DNA from: Actinomycetes bacterium
GTDB taxonomy: Bacteria; Actinomycetota; Actinomycetes; Prado026
Length of the DNA stretch: 64,000 nucleotides
NCBI GenBank assembly: GCA_038210415.1
Contig: JBBQWS010000003.1
Coordinates: 59,577-123,576 of the forward strand
Reading direction: 5' to 3'
The notes under the pieces are model-generated. The model was not told the DNA's origin. It worked only from the letters and a program-made list of their open reading frames with translations, and searched no databases. Positions 10,187-19,936 of the stretch are shown in pieces. Each line of letters starts with the position of its first letter. Positions within the stretch are counted from its first letter, which is position 1. The translations under genes were made by a program, and so were the position numbers.

Positions 10187-11921
10187 CCCAGCGGTCGACC
10201 GCGTCGCGGTCGAGGTTGTCGCGCAACGCGACCTCCGGCCGCAGACTACGCAGCCGGTAACCGGTCGCCCAGGCACCCGGCTCGGCGATGACGACCTGGT
10301 CGAACTCCTCCAGCGCGAGGCTCGGGAGCAGCCGGCGACTGACGAGACGACCCAGGACGTACGGTCGAGCGAACTTGTACGGCGGCAGCCGCAGCAACCG
10401 CCGGTGCATCGAACCGCCGGCCCGCTCGACAGACCGACGCGACCGGTCGAGCCGGTCGCGAACCTGTCGAGCCTTGGCCGCGGGGATGAGGCCGCGCGCG
10501 CCGGCCTGACGAGCCAGCACCCCGAGGGCACGTAACGGGGCATCAGGCAGACCCTGCAGCACGAAGCGCTGCAGCCGCATCGGCAGCAACTGGTCCTCCA
10601 GGCTCTCGAGCTCGAGCACCTGCACCCGTGGGTCCAGCGCCTCCCACGCGGACGACCGGACGGTGAGCAACGTGCCCTGGCCTTCGTGCTCCGCGACGTA
10701 GGACAGGTCGCGTACGACCGAGGACTGCCGCCCGGCGAACATCGCCACCGAGAGCACCCGCATCGGCCGGACCCGGTCCTCACCGTGCTCGTACAGCTCG
10801 ACCAGGCGTGCTCCTACCGCGTCGACGCCGAACCGGCGCTCGAGGGTGGACCGCGCGCCCCCAAGGTCCAGGTCGCCGAGCCGGCGGGCCAGGGTCCGCC
10901 ACGCAGCAACGACCTCGTCCTCGGTGGCTGCCTTGTCGACGAACTCCACGACGCCGTGCTCAAGGCCCCGCAGGGTCTCCTCGGGGCCGCCGCAACGCGT
11001 GACCACGACGGGCAGGCCGGAGGCGATGCCCTCCAGCACCGCCACCCCGAACGTCTCGTACAGACTCAGGTGCAGCATGACGTCCTGCTCGCGCAGGATC
11101 GCGCCCACGGAGTCGGCGGGGACGAAGCCGGTGATCCGAATCCGTCCGGTGAGGCTGCGCTCGGCCGCCAGCGCCTCGATCTCGGGGCGGAGAGCGCCAT
11201 CACCCACCAGCGTGAGGGTGAGGTCGTTGCGCAGCGGCTCGGCCGCGACGAAGGCACGGACCAGCCGGTCGACTCCCTTGGCCGCGCTGAGCCCTCCGAC
11301 GTACACCCAGCGATTCAGCTCGGTGGGCGGCTCGGGTCGCAGCGACAGCCCCGAGAAGTCGACCGGGTTCGGCATCAGCCGCATCTTTCGGGCGAATTCT
11401 GGGAAGGCGTGCGCGGCGTTCTGCCTGAGGTGGTTACTGACGAACAGCAGCAGGTCGGCCCGCTCGGCCATGCGGCCGTAGTGTGCCCGACCCTCGCGGT
11501 CGCGCAGGACCTTGCCGAGGTAGCTGGCATGCTCCGAGACGTAGAGCCGCGCGCTCGGCGCGACCACCTGGGAAACGGCGAAGCCGGTGGGCATGGCGAC
11601 GTGAGCGTGTACCAGCTCGGCGCCCCATGGTCGGCCGACCGCGGCGGCGAGCGCCTGCTCGTGCGCATCGGCCACCTGCCAGCGCGGTGAAGCGGGGTCC
11701 ATCGGGACCTGGATCCGGCGGACGGCCGGGTCACCCGACGTATGGTCCACGACCTGGCGCAGGTCGCCGGCAGCACCTGGGACGGCGACGTTCTCGAGGT
11801 GCAGCACGTGGCTCACGGTCCCGCGGGCCGCCGTCGCGTCGACCGCGGCCTTGACGAACGCGCCGGCGTGCGGCTGCTCCGGCGTGGTGAACCACGGTGT
11901 GACCACCTGGACCTCACGCAT
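10161..11921 (-). CDS. Glycosyltransferase family 4 with C-terminal extension
   Basis: YVGGLSAAKG, ETFGVAVLEGIASGLPVV (E-x7-E), followed by about 200 extra residues. Confidence 0.88.
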   Translation of the reverse strand: MREVQVVTPWFTTPEQPHAGAFVKAAVDATAARGTVSHVLHLENVAVPGAAGDLRQVVDHTSGDPAVRRIQVPMDPASPRWQVADAHEQALAAAVGRPWGAELVHAHVAMPTGFAVSQVVAPSARLYVSEHASYLGKVLRDREGRAHYGRMAERADLLLFVSNHLRQNAAHAFPEFARKMRLMPNPVDFSGLSLRPEPPTELNRWVYVGGLSAAKGVDRLVRAFVAAEPLRNDLTLTLVGDGALRPEIEALAAERSLTGRIRITGFVPADSVGAILREQDVMLHLSLYETFGVAVLEGIASGLPVVVTRCGGPEETLRGLEHGVVEFVDKAATEDEVVAAWRTLARRLGDLDLGGARSTLERRFGVDAVGARLVELYEHGEDRVRPMRVLSVAMFAGRQSSVVRDLSYVAEHEGQGTLLTVRSSAWEALDPRVQVLELESLEDQLLPMRLQRFVLQGLPDAPLRALGVLARQAGARGLIPAAKARQVRDRLDRSRRSVERAGGSMHRRLLRLPPYKFARPYVLGRLVSRRLLPSLALEEFDQVVIAEPGAWATGYRLRSLRPEVALRDNLDRDAVDRWVTSEPSDR

Positions 11922-13227
11922 CGATCAGCCCTCGCAGGTCGCGTTCGAGCGGTGCCATCAGCAGGTCGCGGGCGAAGCTCTCGGCGTGCTTGCGGCAGGC
12001 GAGGTGGTCGTCGAGCTCGTAGCTCCGCGCGGCCTCACCCGCAGCCCGTAGCGCTGGTCTGATGTCGCGGGGCTCGAGCCCGGTCACCGGGAACCACAAC
12101 GGGTAGTCGCGCAGCGGTTCGCTGGCGTTGGTCCACGGCTCGTGCACGGCGACGATCGGCTTGCCCGCGGCCATGTACTCGTAGACCTTCCCCGCGGTGA
12201 CGTACCGCGAGCTCGGGATCAGCATCGCGAGAACGTCGAGTCCGGCGTACGCCTGCGCGACCTCGGTCTTGCCGACGGGCCCCTTCCAGCTGACCCCGAC
12301 ATCTGCTGCTGCTTCGATGAGCAGCCCCGGCGGGGTGTCGGTGGCCCCGAAGAAGCCGAGATGGCCGAAGAAGTCCATCGTGGCTCCGGCCAGCACCGGC
12401 TCGGCGGCCCGCGCCGTACGCCAAGCGGCCAAGAACTCGGCCATCGGGATCTGGTCGGTGATCGTGCCGACGTATCCGAACCGGAGTGGGCGATCGGGGT
12501 CCGGCACCCGGAACGGAACATCGCCGAGCAGCTCGGGGTCGTACCCGTTCTCGATCACCGACATCCGCTCCGCGGACTTGGGGTAGCGCTGGGCGTGCCA
12601 CTCAAGCTGAGGTTCGTTGACGAAGACCACACGCTCGGCGTGCCGCACGAGGTAGCCCTCCCAGACGCGGGCCGGGTGTCCGCGCCGGAACGCGTCGCCC
12701 TCGGTGAACTGGTTGAGCGTCCACGAGTCCCGGAAGTCCATGACGTACGGCCGGTTCAGAATCCGCCCTGCGAGTCGTGCGACGAGGAACGAGGCGAACG
12801 GGTTACCCGTCGCGACGATGACGTCGACCGGGTGCGCACGACCGATCTCGACCGCCCGCCTGGAGGCGGCGGGGATCCAGCTGGCGTACCGGTCGGGGAA
12901 GGGGACCTTGCGCAGCAAGGCCCAGAACTTGCCGTAGATCCCCGGGAGGTTGGCCTGCAGCCAGCCCATGGAGGCGATCTCCGGCCCCTGCGGGGCCAGC
13001 CGCATCGGGACCCGCTCGACGACGACAGCCGGGTCGATTGTCTTCTCGAGGTCGAGGTCGGCCGACCGCGTGACCCGGGTGAAGAAGTCGCGCGTCACCG
13101 TGAGCACGGTGACGTCCCAGCCCGCACGCACGAAGTAGTTGGCGGTGGCCCGAGCCCGGAACACCCCACTGCCCCGCGAAGGGACGAAGTGGAACGCGAT
13201 GTAGAGCAGGTGCGGCCGTCGGGACAT
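11914..13227 (-). CDS. Glycosyltransferase (GT-B), paralogue of 8256-9599
   Basis: FVPSRGSGVFR, DFRDSWTLN, AGKVYEYMAAGKPI. Confidence 0.85.
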   Translation of the reverse strand: MSRRPHLLYIAFHFVPSRGSGVFRARATANYFVRAGWDVTVLTVTRDFFTRVTRSADLDLEKTIDPAVVVERVPMRLAPQGPEIASMGWLQANLPGIYGKFWALLRKVPFPDRYASWIPAASRRAVEIGRAHPVDVIVATGNPFASFLVARLAGRILNRPYVMDFRDSWTLNQFTEGDAFRRGHPARVWEGYLVRHAERVVFVNEPQLEWHAQRYPKSAERMSVIENGYDPELLGDVPFRVPDPDRPLRFGYVGTITDQIPMAEFLAAWRTARAAEPVLAGATMDFFGHLGFFGATDTPPGLLIEAAADVGVSWKGPVGKTEVAQAYAGLDVLAMLIPSSRYVTAGKVYEYMAAGKPIVAVHEPWTNASEPLRDYPLWFPVTGLEPRDIRPALRAAGEAARSYELDDHLACRKHAESFARDLLMAPLERDLRGLIDA

Positions 13228-14228
13228 CAGCGACCCAACGAGATGGTGCGGCCCTCGTCCGCGGAGAGCAGCACGGCTTCGGCGACCTCGACCGTCGCGA
13301 GACCCTGTCGCATCGTGACGATGTGCTCGCCGGAGCCCGCGACACCGCGCACCGCGTCGCGAAAGCGCTCGTGCTCCGCTCGCAGCGGCTCCGGTTTGGC
13401 GATCGCGAATCGGACGACGTCGCCCTCGGAGACACCACGGAATTGGGCGATGTCGTCCCAGGTCGTCTCGACCGAGCCGTTCGCGTAGAACGTGAGGTCG
13501 GCGGTCAGCGTGTCCGCCACGAAGGCGCCTTTCTCACCCGTGACGATCGTGACCCGTTCCTTCATCGGCGAGAGCCAGTTGACCAGATGGTTGGTCACCG
13601 TCCCGTCGGCCAGCTGACCCACGACTGCCACGAGGTCCTCGTGCACCCGGCCGCTCTTGTAGGCGGTGCGGGCGGAGATGGACCGGAACGGCTGCTGCGT
13701 GACCCAGGAGGTGAGGTCGATGTCGTGCGTGGCGAGGTCCTTCACGACGCCGACGTCAGCGATCCGGGACGGGAAGGGCCCCTGGCGCCTGGTCACGATC
13801 TGGTAGATCGCGCCGAGCTCGCCCTGCTCCAGCCGCGACCGCAGGCTCTGCAGGGCAGGGTTGTAACGCTCGATGTGACCCACGGCGCCGACCAGCCCGG
13901 CGGCATCGAAGGCGTCGGCCAACCGGGCGGCGGAGGCGACGTCCTGAGCGAGCGGCTTCTCGATCATCGCGTGCACACCAGCGGCGGCAAGCGCCAGGCC
14001 GACCTGCTCGTGGTAGATCGTCGGGACGGCCACCATGCAGTAGTCGATCCCCGCGGCGACGAGCTCCTCGACGGAACCCAGCAGCGGCTTGCCGCCGGCG
14101 ATGCCGTGTGGGTCGCCGGCCGGGTCGGCCACCGCGACGAGCTCGACGTCGTCGAGGGAGCCGAGCACCCGGGCGTGATGGCGGCCCATCATGCCCAGGC
14201 CGATCAGCCCGGCCCGCAGCTTGGTCAT
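13227..14228 (-). CDS. Gfo/Idh/MocA oxidoreductase (WbpB-like nucleotide-sugar 3-dehydrogenase)
   Basis: GLIGLGMMGRHH, IEKPLA, GHIERYNP, DLATHDID; ATG overlaps the stop of the aminotransferase. Confidence 0.88.
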   Translation of the reverse strand: MTKLRAGLIGLGMMGRHHARVLGSLDDVELVAVADPAGDPHGIAGGKPLLGSVEELVAAGIDYCMVAVPTIYHEQVGLALAAAGVHAMIEKPLAQDVASAARLADAFDAAGLVGAVGHIERYNPALQSLRSRLEQGELGAIYQIVTRRQGPFPSRIADVGVVKDLATHDIDLTSWVTQQPFRSISARTAYKSGRVHEDLVAVVGQLADGTVTNHLVNWLSPMKERVTIVTGEKGAFVADTLTADLTFYANGSVETTWDDIAQFRGVSEGDVVRFAIAKPEPLRAEHERFRDAVRGVAGSGEHIVTMRQGLATVEVAEAVLLSADEGRTISLGR

Positions 14229-15316
14229 CAGGCGCCGGCCTGCGCGACTGCGGTGACGGCCTCGATCACGGCGGCGAGGTCGTCCTGCGAGAGCGCCGGG
14301 TGCACCGGCAGGCTCAGCGCCTGCTCGGCCGCCTGCTCCGTGACGGGCAGGTCCAGGTCGAGGCGGAACGACGGCAGCCGGTGGTTCGGGATCGGGTAGT
14401 AGACCCCGCTGCCCACACCGTGCTCGTCGGCCAGCGCCTTGGCGAAACCGTCGCGGTCGTTGGCGACCCGGATCGTGTACTGGTGGTAGACGTGCACGGC
14501 GCCGTCGGCCACCGGCGGGACGGTGATGCCGGCCAAGCCGGCCAGCCCAGCGTCGAGGTACTTCGCGTTCTGCTGCCGCTGGGCCGTCCACGCCGGCAGC
14601 TTGGCCAGCTGCACCCGGCCGATGGCCGCGTGGATGTCGGTCATCCGCGCGTTGAAGCCGACGACCTCGTTCTCGTACCGCTTCTCCATCCCCTGGTTGC
14701 GCAGAAGCTTGATCATGCGCGCGATCTCGGGGGTCGCGCAGGAGACCATGCCGCCCTCGCCGGAGGTCATGTTCTTGGTCGGGTACAGGCTGAACATCGC
14801 GAACTCGCCGAACGTGCCGACCGGCCGGCCGCCCAGCGCCGCTCCGTGCGCCTGCGCTGCGTCCTCGTAGATGGCGATCCCGCGCCGCTGGGCGATCTCG
14901 ACCAGGGCGGTCATGTTCGCCGGGTGGCCGTACAGGTGCACCGGCATGATGCCCTTGGTGCGCGGCGTGATGGCGGCCTCGACCGCAACCGGGTCGAGGC
15001 AGAAGAAGTCGGGCTCGATGTCGACGAAGACCGGGGTCGCGCCCGTGAGCGCCACGGAGTTGGCCGTCGCCGCGAAGGTGAACGAGGGGACGATGACCTC
15101 GTCGCCACGACCGACACCGGCCGCGAGCAGGCCGAGGTGCGAGCCGGCGGTGCCGGAATTGACCGCGACACACGTCCAGCCGTCGACCAGCTGGTCGCCG
15201 AACTCGGCCTCGAACGCGGCGACCTCAGGGCCACCGGCGATCATGCCGCTGCGCAGGACGCGGTCGACCGCCGCGCGCTCCTCGTCACCGATCAACGGCT
15301 TGGCTGCGGGAATCAT
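14228..15316 (-). CDS. DegT/DnrJ/EryC1/StrS aminotransferase (WbpE-like)
   Basis: NSGTAG, VPSFTFAATAN, MPVHLYGHP, EDAAQAHG, FSLYPTKNMTSGEGG. Confidence 0.92.
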   Translation of the reverse strand: MIPAAKPLIGDEERAAVDRVLRSGMIAGGPEVAAFEAEFGDQLVDGWTCVAVNSGTAGSHLGLLAAGVGRGDEVIVPSFTFAATANSVALTGATPVFVDIEPDFFCLDPVAVEAAITPRTKGIMPVHLYGHPANMTALVEIAQRRGIAIYEDAAQAHGAALGGRPVGTFGEFAMFSLYPTKNMTSGEGGMVSCATPEIARMIKLLRNQGMEKRYENEVVGFNARMTDIHAAIGRVQLAKLPAWTAQRQQNAKYLDAGLAGLAGITVPPVADGAVHVYHQYTIRVANDRDGFAKALADEHGVGSGVYYPIPNHRLPSFRLDLDLPVTEQAAEQALSLPVHPALSQDDLAAVIEAVTAVAQAGA

Positions 15317-15909
15317 GCGGTCTCCTCCTGGAGGGTGCCATCGGTTGCACGGTAGGTCTGACCGGTCTCGGGGCAACGGAACCGGCCCTCGCCGAGGTCG
15401 TCGAGCGGTACGCCGGCGCGGCCGACCCAGCGGATGAATCGCGCGGGAACGCCGGCGACGAGGGCGAAGTCGGGAACGTCGTCGATGACGACTGATCCGG
15501 CAGCGACGAGCGCCCAACGACCCACGGTCACCGGAGCCACGCACACCGCGCGCGCCCCGATCGAGGCGCCCTTGCGGACCGTGACGCCGACCGGCTCCCA
15601 GTCATGGGCCGACTTGATCGTGCCGTCCGGCGCGATCGCCCGCGGGTAGTGGTCGTTGGTGAACACCACGGCCGGGCCGACGAAGACGCCCTCCTCAAGC
15701 ACCGCAGGCTCGTAGACGAGCGCGTAGTTCTGCACCTTGCAGTGGGCCCCCATGACCACGCCGCTGCCGATGTAGGCGCCCCGGCCGATGATGCAGCCCT
15801 CGCCGACCAGAGCGTGCTCACGGACCTGGGCGAGGTGCCATACCGAACTGCCGTCCCCGATCCGGGCACGGTCGTCGACATCGGCGCTGGGCGCGATGCG
15901 CACGCTCAC
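15313..15909 (-). CDS. Hexapeptide-repeat N-acetyltransferase (WbpD-like)
   Basis: Left-handed beta-helix repeats; VFTNDHYPRA; GVPARFIRWV; C-terminal CPETG. Confidence 0.88.
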   Translation of the reverse strand: MSVRIAPSADVDDRARIGDGSSVWHLAQVREHALVGEGCIIGRGAYIGSGVVMGAHCKVQNYALVYEPAVLEEGVFVGPAVVFTNDHYPRAIAPDGTIKSAHDWEPVGVTVRKGASIGARAVCVAPVTVGRWALVAAGSVVIDDVPDFALVAGVPARFIRWVGRAGVPLDDLGEGRFRCPETGQTYRATDGTLQEETA

Positions 15910-15941
15910 GTGGGACTCCGATCAGACGCAGAAGGGGCCTT

Positions 15942-17126
15942 TCAGGGTACCCCGGGCAGGCCCTCCGACCGGGCGGCTGGCGGTGCGCCGAGGAACCCTG
16001 CCAGCACCTCGGCCGAGCGCCGCCCGTCGTGGAACCGCTGTGCGTAGGAGACACCGGCCGCTGCCACGACGCGGTAGTGATCTCGGTCACGGACGATGCC
16101 GCGGAGCGTGTCGGCCAGCGTGGCCGGGTCGGCCTCCACCACCGGCAGCTCCTCGCCGATCCGGGCCCGGACCCGGTCGTGCACGTGCGCGACGACCACC
16201 CGGCCCGCCAGCATGCCCTGGACCGCCATGGCGCTGTAGAGGCCGAGGACGAACTGGTCCAGGACGATGTCGGCGTCGGCGACCAGCGCGGGCATGCGCT
16301 CCGGCGGCACGCCGTGAAGACGGCGGTACTGGATCAGCCCCTCGGCGTCGAGCGCCCGCAGGATGGGGTCGACAAGGTGGCTGCCCTTGAGGAACGGGTT
16401 CGAGGGGACGTGCAGCACCACCGGACGCGCCCGGTGCAGGGGCGGTCGGCCGCTCACCCACGGATCAGGGGGCACGACCACGGGCAGCCACGTCGCCTGC
16501 GGCGCGAAGTCCAGCAGGTCGGGCGTCGACACGAATGTCGGGCCTTCGTACCCGATGAAGACCCGACGAAGGCGTTCGACCTGGGCCTCCCGCCGTCTGG
16601 TAGCCGGCAGGTCCGGATCGAACGGCGAGAACGGGTAGAGGCTGCGGTGCAGCGACGGCAGCCGGATCTCGCTGCCGTGCGCGATCAGCCCGACTCTGAG
16701 CCCCGCCGACCTGAACCGACGCAGCTCGCGGCTGCAGTCGTCCCCGTACAGCGGGCCGGTGAGCGGACGGACGGCATCGATCAGCAGGTGGCTGAACTGC
16801 TCGGTGATCCAGCACTCCTGCTCGCGGGCCCACTCCGGCGAGCGGTAGACCCGCGGCGGGACGGCGTAGTCGGTCGGGAAGTCGAGGACCCCGCGCGGCA
16901 CCGACATGGACACGGCGGAGACGCCCTCAAGTTGCTCGTGCGCCGCCGTGGCCCACGCGCCGGCCTGACCGGCGAAGTTGGCCGGCCCGACGAGCACCCG
17001 GACGGCGTTCGGGGCCACGACCGGACGAGGCGGGCCAGGAGGGCCACCGCGCTGCAACCGCCACGCCGAGCGCCGGACCTCGTGCATGGCCCGGATCAAC
17101 GGCTCCGGCAACACGTCGCGGATCAT
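15942..17126 (-). CDS. Putative glycosyltransferase (GT-B-like)
   Basis: PANFAGQA, HVPSNPFLKGS, DIVLDQF; sits in the polysaccharide operon. Confidence 0.65.
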   Translation of the reverse strand: MIRDVLPEPLIRAMHEVRRSAWRLQRGGPPGPPRPVVAPNAVRVLVGPANFAGQAGAWATAAHEQLEGVSAVSMSVPRGVLDFPTDYAVPPRVYRSPEWAREQECWITEQFSHLLIDAVRPLTGPLYGDDCSRELRRFRSAGLRVGLIAHGSEIRLPSLHRSLYPFSPFDPDLPATRRREAQVERLRRVFIGYEGPTFVSTPDLLDFAPQATWLPVVVPPDPWVSGRPPLHRARPVVLHVPSNPFLKGSHLVDPILRALDAEGLIQYRRLHGVPPERMPALVADADIVLDQFVLGLYSAMAVQGMLAGRVVVAHVHDRVRARIGEELPVVEADPATLADTLRGIVRDRDHYRVVAAAGVSYAQRFHDGRRSAEVLAGFLGAPPAARSEGLPGVP

Positions 17127-18202
17127 CGAACGAGGTCGGCGACGCGGGCGGCGAAGTCGGCGTAGGGGTCGCCCGAGAGGTGGTCGTCCGACCAGGCTCC
17201 GGCCGCCGACTGCAGCGCGCGCAGAGCGGCGGGGTCGGCGGACCAGGCGCGCAGCACCGTCGCCGCTTCGGCGACTGTCGAAGCGAGCGCGCCGGCGCCG
17301 ACCTCGCTCAGCAGCTCAGCCGTCCGCGGCAGCGGGGTCGCGACAACAGCCAGCCCGCACGCTAGGTACTCGTACAACTTGCTCGGGACGGCGGCGACGA
17401 AAGCGGGCGTCGCGTCGAGCAGGAGCAGACCCACGCTCGCACCGGCCGCGAGGCCCCATGCCGCGCGGGGAGTCAGCCGCCCGTGCAGCCGGACGCGCAC
17501 CGCCGCGGGCGAGGACGCCAACCAGGCGTCGAGCCGCGGCTGGTCGGCGGCCGCGACCGGCCCCACCAGGTCAAGCTCCCAGGGGGCCGCCTCGGCCACG
17601 GCGTCGAGCATGGCGAACAGGCCGCGGGAGGCGCGCAGGTCGCCTACATAGAGGGCCCTCGGCGGCTCGTCCCGCTCTGCCGAGGTGGCTGCGGCGGGCA
17701 GCATCGCGAAGTCGGGAAGGTTGCGCAGTACCATCCGTTGCGCGGCGATCCTGGGGGGCACATGGTCGTCGGCCACCACCGTCAGGTCGGCGTCAGCAGC
17801 GAGCCGGGTCGACACGGACACCAGCGCACGGGCGGCGACGCCGGCCGGCCCGTGTGCCCACGATCGGTCGGACAGCAGGGCCGCGTAGTCTTCGTGCACG
17901 TCCACGACGACGCGTCGTCGCTTCAGGGCCAGCAGCCGCAGCGACGGCACGAGATCGGGGTCGAGCGCGATCACGACCCGGCCGTGGGCCCGCCAGGGCA
18001 GCGCCACGGCCCGGACGGCGCGGCCGAGCGGGCCCGGCCGCGGCGACGTCACCACGGTGGCGTCGGCCGGCCCAGCCGCCGCTTCACCGAGACCCAGGAC
18101 CTCGACGGTCAGACCGGCCCGCCGTAGCGCCGCGACCTCTCGATGTAGCCGTGCGTCGGCCACATCGTGCGCTGAGGTCACGAAGGTGACGTCGACGGTC
18201 AT
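17123..18202 (-). CDS. Glycosyltransferase family 4
   Basis: TSAHDVADARL, DVHEDY, PSKLYEYLACGL; start at ATG 18202. Confidence 0.85.
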   Translation of the reverse strand: MTVDVTFVTSAHDVADARLHREVAALRRAGLTVEVLGLGEAAAGPADATVVTSPRPGPLGRAVRAVALPWRAHGRVVIALDPDLVPSLRLLALKRRRVVVDVHEDYAALLSDRSWAHGPAGVAARALVSVSTRLAADADLTVVADDHVPPRIAAQRMVLRNLPDFAMLPAAATSAERDEPPRALYVGDLRASRGLFAMLDAVAEAAPWELDLVGPVAAADQPRLDAWLASSPAAVRVRLHGRLTPRAAWGLAAGASVGLLLLDATPAFVAAVPSKLYEYLACGLAVVATPLPRTAELLSEVGAGALASTVAEAATVLRAWSADPAALRALQSAAGAWSDDHLSGDPYADFAARVADLVR

Positions 18203-18209
18203 CGCCGGG

Positions 18210-19007
18210 CTAGAGGTCCTCGAGGGTGATCGCGCTCTCGCCGACGTCGAGAAACTTGGTGTACGCCCCGATGACCTCGTCCGGCGTGCCGGCGAGCATA
18301 AGGCGACCCTTGTGCAGCCAGATCGCATCCGTGCAGAGCTCGCGGACCGACCCGAGCGCATGGGTGACCAGGAGCATGGTGCGGGCATTCGCGAGCAGCT
18401 CGTTCATCTTGATCTGCGCCTTGCGACGGAAGCTCGCGTCGCCGGCGGAGAGTGCCTCGTCCACGAGGAGGATGTCCGGGTCCATGTGGACGGCGACCGA
18501 GAACGCCAGCTTGGAGTACATGCCGGACGAGTAGGTGCGCATCGGCATGTCGATGAACCCTTCGGGCAGTTCGGCGAACTCGGCGATCTCCTCGCCCTTG
18601 GCCTCGATCTCGGCACGGGTCAGCCCGGCGGCGAGTCCCCCGAGCACGACGTTCTCCCGACCGGACAGGTGCCCGTTGAACCCGACGCCGAGCGCGAGGA
18701 GGGTGCTGACTCGGCCCCACACGTCGATCCGACCGCTCGAGGGGGGCAGGATGCCCGCAACCGAGCGCATCAGCGTGGACTTGCCGGCGCCGTTGGCCCC
18801 AATGATGCCCAGGGTGCGTCCGTGGGGGACGTCGAAGGAGACGCCCTTGACGGCCTCGACCTCGAACACGGCTCGCTCGCCTCGACCGAGCCGGGTGATG
18901 GCCTGCTTGAAGGTCGGAACCTTCTCGAACGTGGTGCGGTACGTGATCGAAAGGTCCTGAACCGAGATCGCGACCTCGGGTTTCGTGGTTTCAGAGACGG
19001 ACGGCAA
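18210..19007 (-). CDS. Polysaccharide ABC exporter ATP-binding subunit (Wzt/TagH-like)
   Basis: Walker A GANGAGKST, YSSGM signature, Walker B ILLVDE; no C-terminal carbohydrate-binding domain. Confidence 0.92.
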   Translation of the reverse strand: MPSVSETTKPEVAISVQDLSITYRTTFEKVPTFKQAITRLGRGERAVFEVEAVKGVSFDVPHGRTLGIIGANGAGKSTLMRSVAGILPPSSGRIDVWGRVSTLLALGVGFNGHLSGRENVVLGGLAAGLTRAEIEAKGEEIAEFAELPEGFIDMPMRTYSSGMYSKLAFSVAVHMDPDILLVDEALSAGDASFRRKAQIKMNELLANARTMLLVTHALGSVRELCTDAIWLHKGRLMLAGTPDEVIGAYTKFLDVGESAITLEDL

Positions 19008-19881
19008 ACTCGCGCTCCCTCGACATGAAGAACAGACAACCGCCCACGACGACCAGCAGGGACCAGATCGTCCCGGCGATCACCATCGTTGGCTCAGGCA
19101 GCTTGCCCTGGTTGAGGATGCCGCTCCACATTCCGAAGAGCGAGTACAGGGGGTTCACGTACGCGACCCAGGCCAGGCCCACGGCGGAGAACTTGCGGTG
19201 AATCACTTCGACGGTGAACAACACCGGGGATAGGTAGAGCCAGATCCGCAAGAAGTACGGCAGGAAACTGGCCGTGTCTCGGAAGTAGACCTGAAAGGTG
19301 GCCATCAGCGCGGCCAGCCCGGTCGAGAACAGGACGATCAGGCCCAGCACGGGAACGGCGAGCAGGGTCACGAACGACGTGGGCCGGCCGGTGGCGAAGT
19401 GCACCACTGCGTAGACGCCCATGGTCGGGAGGAATCGCATGAACCCCGTTCGCACAGCGGAGAAGGGAAGGAGCAGCCGCGGGAACGCGACATTCATGAC
19501 CATCTTGCCGCCGCCCACGACCGATCCGGCGCCGGCCGACATCGAGCCCGAGATCAGGGTGAACGCGAACAGACCCGCCAGCAGGTGGTCGAACTGCTCA
19601 CCGGTCGCGGGCTTGGGCGACAGGATGTCGATCAGCAGGAAGTAGACGAACCCGAGCAGCAGCGGGTTGAGGACCAGCCAGGCCCGCCCGAAGAACGTGG
19701 CCGTGTTCGCCGCGCGCATGCTGGTGCGCGAGAGCTCGACCGCGAACTCGCGCCGCGCCAGCAGCTCTCGGGCGTACGGACCGAGCCGGGGGATGCCCGT
19801 CTTGTGCGGCCGGTAGACATGATGGCGCGTGCGGTACTCGTCCGAGTCGTCCACGCTGGTGGAGTGGTCGATCGTCGACAC
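18991..19881 (-). CDS. Polysaccharide ABC exporter permease (Wzm/TagG-like)
   Basis: FGRAWLVLNPLL, FPRLLLP, YFRD, YLSPVLF, NPLY; several hydrophobic segments; GTG start inferred. Confidence 0.9.
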   Translation of the reverse strand: MSTIDHSTSVDDSDEYRTRHHVYRPHKTGIPRLGPYARELLARREFAVELSRTSMRAANTATFFGRAWLVLNPLLLGFVYFLLIDILSPKPATGEQFDHLLAGLFAFTLISGSMSAGAGSVVGGGKMVMNVAFPRLLLPFSAVRTGFMRFLPTMGVYAVVHFATGRPTSFVTLLAVPVLGLIVLFSTGLAALMATFQVYFRDTASFLPYFLRIWLYLSPVLFTVEVIHRKFSAVGLAWVAYVNPLYSLFGMWSGILNQGKLPEPTMVIAGTIWSLLVVVGGCLFFMSREREFAVRL

Positions 19882-19936
19882 CTTGGGACCCTTCTGCTGC
19901 AGAGCAAGACAGCCCAAGATACCGGAGTAGGTCCAA

